This document shows positions 1 through 6,675 of a stretch of DNA of 10,418 nt, piece by piece (the first letter of the stretch is position 1; each line of letters starts with the position of its first letter). Position numbers and translations under genes: made by a program. Under the pieces are notes generated by a model. The model made no database searches, had not been told where the DNA came from, and was given only the letters and a program-made list of their open reading frames with translations. The stretch is from Promethearchaeota archaeon (GTDB lineage: Archaea; Asgardarchaeota; Lokiarchaeia; Sigyniarchaeales; SOKP01), in contig JBHLNT010000151.1 in NCBI GenBank assembly GCA_048941265.1, positions 1-10,418 on the forward strand. The letters are read 5' to 3'.

Positions 1-163
1 GTCATATGGAAAAGGTGTAAATTTTAATTATAAATTTTTGTCTCCATATTATAAAAGCCATATTAGGAACATCATTATACTTTGAATCATTATTTCTTTA
101 ATTAATTTAAATCTTAAAAGAAATATTTGAAATATTAAATTAAAATTGATTTCATAACTGTTC

Positions 164-955
164 ATGATGACATTTAATAATATTGAAAAATTAAAAGAGG
201 AAAATACCATAAAAATTCGTCAATTTTTTTTAGATTACCTAGATAGAGTAAATTACAAAGGGACTTTCGGAGTTGCGAAATTTTCATCCGTTTATAATGA
301 TTTAATGCCCGTACAGCAAGATAACGTTAAAAATAAACTTAAAGAACGATTCCTTGACTTTATGAATACTGGCTCTATTATTTCTATAGGTATTTTTTAC
401 GCTCCTGATATTATAGACTGTATAAATGTCAATAGGAATGATATAATTGATTTAAATCGTTGGAATCTTTATAGTGATGAATATCAGCACATAAATGACA
501 TGCTCAAAGTAATTAGCAAAAATATTGCAGACGAGTTTAATGGAATAGCTTATACTCCTACAACTGGAACACCTTCAGAACAAATTAAGAACGTGAAAGA
601 TTATTATTATAAAACTATTTCCCATCGTCTTGTCGCAGAATATGCTGGTGTTGGTTGGCGAGGCAAAAGTGAATTAATCATTACTGAAGAAAAAGGACCT
701 ACAATACGATTTACATCTATTCTTATCAACATTCCAATGATTCAAGGATTAAAATTAGAGAGCAAATGTGGGGAATGCACCGCATGCCTCGAAGTTTGCC
801 CTATTTTAAAAAATAAAGAATTTCTTGAAGATTACAGAGAAAACTGCAGAAAATTTCTTATTAACTTAGGACTAAAACATGAAGTATGTGGAAAATGTAT
901 AAAAGCTTGCTTTCGTGAAAGTATATATAAGAGAAATTTTAAGGCAAAACTCTAA
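164..955 (+). CDS. Epoxyqueuosine reductase (QueG)/reductive dehalogenase superfamily 4Fe-4S protein, probably cobalamin-binding; substrate unknown
   Basis: 263-aa ORF containing SHRLVAEYAGVGWRGKSELIITEEKGPTIRFTSIL, which resembles the QueG/RdhA 'A..AG.G..G...L.I....G...R...I' signature. It is followed by CGECTACLEVCP and C...CGKCIKAC Fe-S motifs. The start could be ATG 164 or ATG 167. Confidence 0.75.
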   Translation: MMTFNNIEKLKEENTIKIRQFFLDYLDRVNYKGTFGVAKFSSVYNDLMPVQQDNVKNKLKERFLDFMNTGSIISIGIFYAPDIIDCINVNRNDIIDLNRWNLYSDEYQHINDMLKVISKNIADEFNGIAYTPTTGTPSEQIKNVKDYYYKTISHRLVAEYAGVGWRGKSELIITEEKGPTIRFTSILINIPMIQGLKLESKCGECTACLEVCPILKNKEFLEDYRENCRKFLINLGLKHEVCGKCIKACFRESIYKRNFKAKL

Positions 956-984
956 TAATTTATCAGTCAAAAAAATATAGAAAA

Positions 985-1070
985 GTTCAGTTTTTTAATA
1001 ATATATAGCCAAAATATATAAGAAAAAAAAAAAGAAAAATTCAATTTTTAATTTTCACACTTTTTTTGTT
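985..1070. terminator. Probable bidirectional archaeal oligo-T terminator region between convergent genes
   Basis: There are T-runs on the + strand (about 991-997 and 1060-1067) after the 955 stop. An A11 run at 1023-1033 reads as T11 on the - strand after the cdc48 stop. Confidence 0.45.
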
Positions 1071-1076
1071 AAAAAT

Positions 1077-3356
1077 TTATCGATATAATTCTTCTGAGGG
1101 CTCTTCCAAGCTTTCAGTATACGATTTTTTAGCTCTTTCAGCACTTTGCTTAATTTTTTCAATAGCCTTTTCAAATTCATTATTTGATATTTTGACTTCT
1201 CTGAAAGATTCAGGAACCATCTTATCTATTTTATAATCATAAATACCTTTTCTAATTGCTAATAATGTAGCTTCCTCGCAAATCGCCGCTATATCTGCCC
1301 CTGCAAAACCCTCTAGTCTTTCTGCAAGTTTCTCAGTATTAACATCTTCATCGATCGGTCGACCTTTCAGATGAATCGTGAAGATTTGAATACGTGAATT
1401 TTTATTTGGCAATGGCACCTCTACATGTCTACCAAATCTACCTGAGCGTAGTAAAGCAGGATCTAGTAAGTCAGGTCTATTGGTTGCGGCTAATAAAACA
1501 ACATTTCTCAATTCTTCCAAACCATCCATTTCGGTTAATAATTGCGCGACGACCTGTTCATTGACCCGAGAATTAGAGCTATCACTTCGTTTTGCTGCTA
1601 TGGCGTCTATTTCATCAAAGAAAATAATACATGGTGCTGCTGATCGCGCTTTACGAAAGATTTCTCTTATAGCTTTAGCGCTTTCACCCACCCATTTAGA
1701 CATTAACTCCGGTCCTTTTATTGAAATAAAATTTACTTCAGTTTCATGAGCTACTGCTTTTGCCATTAATGTTTTCCCCGTTCCAGGTAATCCAAATAGT
1801 AATATTCCATTTGGAGGTCTTGATTTCATATAATTATAAAATTTTGAGTATTTTAACGGCCATTCAATGATCTCTCTAAGTTGCTGTTTTGCATCTTCTA
1901 GACCGCCAACATCATCCCAAGTTTCACTAGGTTTAGTTATAAATACTTCTCTTAGGGCTGAGGGTTCTATTCCAGTCAATGCATCTAAGAAATGAATCAT
2001 TTTAATCTTTAAATTCTGCAAAATTTCTTGAGGAATTGGAGCATCAAGATTAACCAGGGGGATTATCTCCCTAATAGAAAGCATGGCTGCTTCTTTAGCT
2101 AGTGCTTGAATATCAGCACCTACAAATCCATGTGTTTTTTCAGCAAGCAATTGCAAATTAACATCTTTAGCAAGAGGCATACCCCGTGTGTGAATTAATA
2201 AAATTTCATACCGACCATTTATATCAGGAACGCTTATTTCGATTTCACGATCGAATCTGCCCGGTCTTCTCAAAGCAATATCAATATTATTAATCTTATT
2301 TGTAGCCCCAATTATAATTACTTCTCCTCTTCCTTCTAAACCATCCATTAAAGAAAGTAATTGAGCGACAATCCGAGATTCAACTTGAGTTTTTCCTTCA
2401 TCTCGTTTAGGAGCAATTGAATCTAACTCATCAAGAAAGATGATTGATGGTGCTTTTTCTTTAGCTTCTTCAAAAATTTTTCTTAAATTTTCTTCACTTT
2501 GACCGAAAAATTTGCTCATAATTTCTGGACCACTTATAGAAATGAAATGAGCATCAGTCTCATAAGCAACTGCTCTAGCTAGTAATGTCTTTCCTGTTCC
2601 TGGAGGACCGTGAAGTAATACTCCTTTCGGAGGATTTATTCCAATTTTTTCAAATAATTCCGGATGTCTGATGGGTAATTCTATCATTTCCCTTATTTTT
2701 TGAATTTCTGATTCTAGACCTCCAATATCTTCATATGAGATTCTCGTAGCAATCTTATGCATTTCCTTTTCTAAATCGCCAATTGCTTCGTATTTCACTT
2801 TAGCTTTTTCCTTTAATAAAAAATCTTCAACTTTTTCATCAGTTAACTTTATTTTAGTATCTAAGGTAATTCTAACAGCATCAGCTTTAGGAGTGTAATC
2901 CACGATAACGAGATCAATTCTTCGTCCCATAGCATAAAAACTTAAACTGTCGCCTTTAGTAATTATTCTCTTTTCCAATTTTATTGCTAATTGTTGAGTA
3001 TCTCGGATCAGAAATGATTCATCTAGTCCGGCGAATGTAATACTTTCTGCAGGACTAGAGGTAATTTTTCGAATTTCTACATAATCATCAATCGACGCAC
3101 TTATATTTCTTCTCTCTGATGGATCCATCCTTATTACTTTGGTTCCTTTATCTTCTACTTTTCCAGGAGATAACAATGCAGCTGTTTTCTTATTTGAATT
3201 AGGATGAGATATTTCTAAAACATCATTCACTTTAAATCCAAATTTATTAATGATGTCAGGATCCAATCTAATGATTCCCTTTCCCGCATCTTCCTTAAAT
3301 GCGTCTTTTATCCTTAAATTAATTATTCCTTTAGTTCTGTTTTCTTTCTCATCCAT
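1077..3356 (-). CDS. cdc48: CDC48/VCP/p97 family AAA+ ATPase (N domain plus D1 and D2)
   Basis: N-domain motif DAFKEDAGKGIIRLD. D1 has YEDIGGL, GPPGTGKT, IIFLDELD and ALRRPGRFDREI. D2 has WDDVGGL, GLPGTGKT, IIFFDEID and ALLRSGRFGR. The C-terminus is an HbYX motif (LYR). The ORF track starts at GTG 3368, but that codon overlaps the GAGGTG RBS (3368-3373), so ATG at 3356 (759 aa) is preferred. Confidence 0.96.
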   Translation of the reverse strand: MDEKENRTKGIINLRIKDAFKEDAGKGIIRLDPDIINKFGFKVNDVLEISHPNSNKKTAALLSPGKVEDKGTKVIRMDPSERRNISASIDDYVEIRKITSSPAESITFAGLDESFLIRDTQQLAIKLEKRIITKGDSLSFYAMGRRIDLVIVDYTPKADAVRITLDTKIKLTDEKVEDFLLKEKAKVKYEAIGDLEKEMHKIATRISYEDIGGLESEIQKIREMIELPIRHPELFEKIGINPPKGVLLHGPPGTGKTLLARAVAYETDAHFISISGPEIMSKFFGQSEENLRKIFEEAKEKAPSIIFLDELDSIAPKRDEGKTQVESRIVAQLLSLMDGLEGRGEVIIIGATNKINNIDIALRRPGRFDREIEISVPDINGRYEILLIHTRGMPLAKDVNLQLLAEKTHGFVGADIQALAKEAAMLSIREIIPLVNLDAPIPQEILQNLKIKMIHFLDALTGIEPSALREVFITKPSETWDDVGGLEDAKQQLREIIEWPLKYSKFYNYMKSRPPNGILLFGLPGTGKTLMAKAVAHETEVNFISIKGPELMSKWVGESAKAIREIFRKARSAAPCIIFFDEIDAIAAKRSDSSNSRVNEQVVAQLLTEMDGLEELRNVVLLAATNRPDLLDPALLRSGRFGRHVEVPLPNKNSRIQIFTIHLKGRPIDEDVNTEKLAERLEGFAGADIAAICEEATLLAIRKGIYDYKIDKMVPESFREVKISNNEFEKAIEKIKQSAERAKKSYTESLEEPSEELYR

Positions 3357-3453
3357 TTTTTCAATCACACCTCTTATTTTCTTTTATTCTTCATTAAAAT
3401 TAAATAAAATACATTTTAGATTGATTCTGTGAATTAATCCTATGATCCTAATT

Positions 3454-3464
3454 AAAAAAAAAAA
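3454..3464 (-). terminator. Possible oligo-T (T11) terminator downstream of mtd
   Basis: A11 on the + strand, about 20 nt past the mtd stop codon. Confidence 0.35.
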
Positions 3465-3483
3465 TTTATTGTTTTTTTTAATT

Positions 3484-4473
3484 TTATTCTTTAAAAAGCA
3501 GTTTCTTCGCTACTTCAAAAGCATAATTATAATCAAAAACCTTTAAACCCTTACAATTTGCGGCTTCTTTAAGTATTTGTCCCTCAGAATTTGATTTAAG
3601 CTGGCCTAGAGCCATAGCGCCAATACCAAAAATTCCTGGATATATTTCTTCATTTTTATGTTTAGGTTTTAGACCCTCTATTCCGTAGGGTGGTACTAAA
3701 TTTATATCTACAACAATTTTTTTACCTTTAAGCCTTTGCATTAAATCTTCTGAAAGAATCTCAACACCCGCAGCAGCTAACGACCAAATTATATCTGCGT
3801 CTTTAGCAATTTCAAATCTTTCCTCTGGATCTGGAGCAAAAACTCCCTTAATTTCCCCAGCTTCTTTTCCGGCTTCTTCTGTTAATTCTTTTGCGAGGTT
3901 TTCGATAAAATTTTTGCTTGATTGTTCCCAAGTTTCAATTAAAAAAGTATTGCAATTAATTTTTGCCGCCAAAATTGCTGCAATTCTCCCTACAGGTCCC
4001 GCACCAAATACCACTACTTTTTTTCCTCTCAAATTTTTTATTCCATGCTTTTTATCGGCAATATGCATGGTCATTGCAACCACAGCGGATGCTGTTGTAT
4101 GAGATCCACGAGGATCTATAATCACAGGGCATTCAAAAGGGGTAACTAATGAGTTTATCACCTTTTTAGCAATACTTTCACCCTCTTTTACATTGGACCC
4201 TCCTATGAAAAATGTAGTAGCAGCACCCGGTTTCCGAGAAAAAATAGCATCTTGAACTAGCTTAGGAACTTGATCTGCTGTCATTTTACTAATAGGCACT
4301 ACAATATCAAAACCCGCATCATAGGCCATATTTATATCGAAAGGTGAAGCATTATCATCTGTATCAAAGAAATAACATATTTTATCTGACTTCTCTACCT
4401 TTTTTATTTTAATTGGTGTTAATTCTATTATGGTTTTTCTTCCTAATATTTTTTCTACTTCACTTCTTTGCAT
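3484..4473 (-). CDS. mtdB: NAD(P)-dependent methylene-tetrahydromethanopterin (or methylene-H4F) dehydrogenase, MtdA/MtdB family, with an N-terminal extension of about 30 aa
   Basis: Motifs SPFDINMAYDAGFD, LVQDAIFSR, DPRGSHTTASA, Rossmann VVVFGAGPVG, DINLVPPYGIEG and GIGAMALG..K match the Mtd family. An RBS-like GGAGTTGA lies upstream. The MtdA versus MtdB assignment is uncertain. Confidence 0.85.
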   Translation of the reverse strand: MQRSEVEKILGRKTIIELTPIKIKKVEKSDKICYFFDTDDNASPFDINMAYDAGFDIVVPISKMTADQVPKLVQDAIFSRKPGAATTFFIGGSNVKEGESIAKKVINSLVTPFECPVIIDPRGSHTTASAVVAMTMHIADKKHGIKNLRGKKVVVFGAGPVGRIAAILAAKINCNTFLIETWEQSSKNFIENLAKELTEEAGKEAGEIKGVFAPDPEERFEIAKDADIIWSLAAAGVEILSEDLMQRLKGKKIVVDINLVPPYGIEGLKPKHKNEEIYPGIFGIGAMALGQLKSNSEGQILKEAANCKGLKVFDYNYAFEVAKKLLFKE

Positions 4474-4534
4474 ATTTTATCAACTCCAATAACTTTTTTT
4501 TAAATTATTTAAATTTTAATAAAAAAAATCCTTT

Positions 4535-5260
4535 TTATTTCTCAGGAATTTCAATTTCAATCTCATCTTCTTGTTCCTTCTCCACTTCTTTAATAGTTCT
4601 CTTGATTTTTATCTGTTCAGTTTCTACACCTAATTCATTTGCTAATTTATCAAGGCCATTAAAATGTCTAAGATCACAGATAAATAGTCCTTTTAATTTT
4701 TTACCGTTGACATCCCTTGCAAGATTTAGTATATTCATCATCATCCATGCTTCACGTACTTTATGTCTTACTTCATCTTCCTGCTCTTCATAATCTCGAT
4801 GTAAATATTCTTTCCATAAAATTAATTGCTGGAAAAATTCATCATTTTCAGGAACTCCGCCTTTTTTTTCTATCATTTCTCTGATCCTTATCTCGAGCTT
4901 TTTTATACTTTCTCTATGGTCATCTAAGGCAACTGACAAATAATCGCTCGCATTTTCCGAAATATCCCCAAGTTTGAATGGAATATTTTTTTCTTTAAAT
5001 AATTTTATCAATGGATCATTAGGGTTAAGCGTATCATCTCTCATACCTTTCTCTTCCATAGCGAAATCAGGGTGATATTTCTCTATTAAATCTTCAATTA
5101 GGCCCAGATATTCCTTGGAAATTAGGTGTAAATTCCAGATAAGGTCTTCTTTAGCTTTCTTTGGAGCTTCAAACCACCATTCAACTGGAAATTCACTTTC
5201 AACCATTATTAATTTCAAATGCTGTTTCTTTAAAGGCTCTAATTCTAAAACTTCAGGCAT
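4535..5260 (-). CDS. Uncharacterised protein (241 aa), possible TraB/PrgY/Tiki-like alpha/beta fold with a helical insertion; paralog of 5286..5903
   Basis: Full ORF with AGGAGG RBS. Motifs IEKYHPDFAMEE, VREAWM and LFICDLRHFNGL are reminiscent of TraB-family 'PDxVxVE', 'RxxxM' and 'VVGxxHxxGI'. It has an acidic C-terminal tail. The fold call is by eye only. Confidence 0.7.
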   Translation of the reverse strand: MPEVLELEPLKKQHLKLIMVESEFPVEWWFEAPKKAKEDLIWNLHLISKEYLGLIEDLIEKYHPDFAMEEKGMRDDTLNPNDPLIKLFKEKNIPFKLGDISENASDYLSVALDDHRESIKKLEIRIREMIEKKGGVPENDEFFQQLILWKEYLHRDYEEQEDEVRHKVREAWMMMNILNLARDVNGKKLKGLFICDLRHFNGLDKLANELGVETEQIKIKRTIKEVEKEQEDEIEIEIPEK

Positions 5261-5285
5261 TTTTATTATCCCTCCTTTTTTTATT

Positions 5286-5903
5286 TTAAAATATTATATT
5301 TTTAATTGTATGTTTTTTATTATATTGAATAACTTTAACATTATATTCTCTTAAATACTCAACAACTTGTGAACAGATATCTTCACATATATCTGTTTGA
5401 ACAAAATGAACAAAATTGACATCATCTTCTTGAAAATTTTTCGCGAGATCCAACATCTTTTTCACGATCCACATAGGTCTAATCTTAAGAGTAAGATGAT
5501 TTTCTTTTTCTTGAATTTCAATATTTATCAAATCTATCCAATTTTTTAGACTTTGACCCTTATATGAATCCCTATCTTCCAAATTTACATATTCTTCAGT
5601 TAAACCTGTGAGCAACTCCTCCTTTTCCATAATTTCCTCATAAAGATACCCCATTGCATATTCCGGAATATCTACTTGATAATATTTAATTCCCAATTTA
5701 TCTAATGCCTTAGCAAACGGGGTCCTGCTGAAATCTTTAAGATCTATATCAAAGTCAACCGTAACAAAATTAATTTTGTTATTACTTAGAAAATTTTTTA
5801 ATAAATCTGGATCAGTACTTTGAAGACTCTTACTATTTTCCTTCGCGAATATAAAAGCTGTGACTTTTTTATTTTTTATTGGTTTAATTTCTAAAACTTC
5901 CAT
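5286..5903 (-). CDS. Uncharacterised protein (205 aa), paralog of the flanking 241-aa and 74-aa proteins
   Basis: Full ORF co-oriented in the cluster, with an RBS-like GAGTTGA and visible sequence similarity to both neighbours. Confidence 0.75.
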   Translation of the reverse strand: MEVLEIKPIKNKKVTAFIFAKENSKSLQSTDPDLLKNFLSNNKINFVTVDFDIDLKDFSRTPFAKALDKLGIKYYQVDIPEYAMGYLYEEIMEKEELLTGLTEEYVNLEDRDSYKGQSLKNWIDLINIEIQEKENHLTLKIRPMWIVKKMLDLAKNFQEDDVNFVHFVQTDICEDICSQVVEYLREYNVKVIQYNKKHTIKNIIF

Positions 5904-5965
5904 TTTTTCATCAACTCTTTTTTAATCTTGAATTTTTTAATTATAATAAAAAATTAAAATAAATT

Positions 5966-6190
5966 TTAAACCTCAGATCTCAGGTTGTCTATTAGCACTT
6001 CAAGATATTGAGCGTTGAATGATTCTTTATCAGTTATCTCGTTATATGCTTTTTCAAATCCTCTTAATCTTTCCATCTTTTCTGATCGTTCATATTCAAA
6101 ATAGGCGGTTGCATATTCAACCCAAAAATCTTCATCAGTCATTTTTTCTTCTTTATTCATAAACTCCATCTTAACTTCAGTCACTTCCAT
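5966..6190 (-). CDS. Small acidic helical protein (74 aa), stand-alone homolog of residues 81-130 of the 205-aa protein
   Basis: GAGGTG RBS 7 nt upstream of the ATG. An ungapped manual alignment with the downstream protein gives 18/50 identities. Confidence 0.8.
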   Translation of the reverse strand: MEVTEVKMEFMNKEEKMTDEDFWVEYATAYFEYERSEKMERLRGFEKAYNEITDKESFNAQYLEVLIDNLRSEV

Positions 6191-6301
6191 TTACAAACAC
6201 CTCTTTTTTTAGTAATTTTTACAATTTTTTTTTATTAGTATCCTAAGATTATATTCAAATAGTCGGATTATAAAGAATTTGATAAGAAAAATTTTAGTCT
6301 T

Positions 6302-6323
6302 TTTGACAAATATTTTTGTCAAA
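6302..6323. promoter_or_regulatory. Perfect palindrome TTTGACAAA-N4-TTTGTCAAA, candidate transcription-factor operator
   Basis: 9-bp perfect inverted arms in the divergent intergenic region. Degenerate copies with identical spacing occur at 6332-6351, 6410-6429 and 6570-6589. Confidence 0.6.
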
Positions 6324-6501
6324 TCGATATTTTAACAAAATAAATTATCAAGATTTTGCATAGCTTTAAACATGTCTTAAGGATATTGGTTAAAATTGTC
6401 ATTCATGACATGAAAACTTTTTTTGTCAAAATATTTGATAAAACTAACCTTTTTTAAATCATATTAGAAATAATATCCTTGAGTTATGTGAAATATTAAT
6501 G

Positions 6502-6527
6502 ACTTTCGAAGATGGATTTTCGAAAGT
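6502..6527. repeat. Inverted repeat ACTTTCGAA-N8-TTCGAAAGT
   Basis: 9-bp perfect arms read directly from the sequence. Confidence 0.6.
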
Positions 6528-6547
6528 TGATCAAACAATTTTTATTC

Positions 6548-6631
6548 TTGATAGAAATATTTATAAATCTCGACAACAATTATTGTCATGTCGAAAAGAA
6601 AAATTGTTAAATTAGTCATATTTATTATCAA
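6548..6631. promoter_or_regulatory. Phased array of degenerate TTGACA-N8-TGTCAA boxes upstream of the HTH-hdrA gene
   Basis: TTGATA-N8-TATAAA (6548), TCGACA-N8-TGTCAT (6570), TCGAAA-N8-TGTTAA (6591) and TTAGTC-N8-TATCAA (6612), spaced 21-22 bp apart. Confidence 0.45.
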
Positions 6632-6675
6632 GATCCTAAATATTAAAAATTTAAAAATATGGTGGAGATGATGTT

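Noticed and set aside
1-163. Possible start of a divergent minus-strand gene (CAT at 3-5) and promoter elements
   Set aside because: Too little sequence is available, and TATA-like strings are ubiquitous at this AT content.
1480-1749. 89-aa + strand ORF
   Set aside because: Antisense shadow of the cdc48 D2 domain, with no independent motifs.
3357-3368. GTG start at 3368 for cdc48, as given in the ORF track
   Set aside because: The GTG overlaps the GAGGTG Shine-Dalgarno sequence. ATG at 3356 has spacing like the neighbouring genes.
3250-3432. 60-aa + strand ORF
   Set aside because: Antisense to the cdc48 5' end. Its hydrophobic look comes from the reverse complement of A-rich codons.
3914-4102. 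62-aa + strand ORF
   Set aside because: Antisense within mtd.
4413-4793. 126-aa Phe/Leu-rich + strand ORF resembling a membrane protein
   Set aside because: Overlaps two well-supported minus-strand genes and is a compositional artefact.
5115-5354. 79-aa + strand ORF
   Set aside because: Antisense to two supported genes.
6191-6675. CRISPR array, tRNA or MITE in the long intergenic region
   Set aside because: There are no identical direct repeats with unique spacers, no cloverleaf, and no terminal inverted repeats with target-site duplication. Only short degenerate dyads are present.
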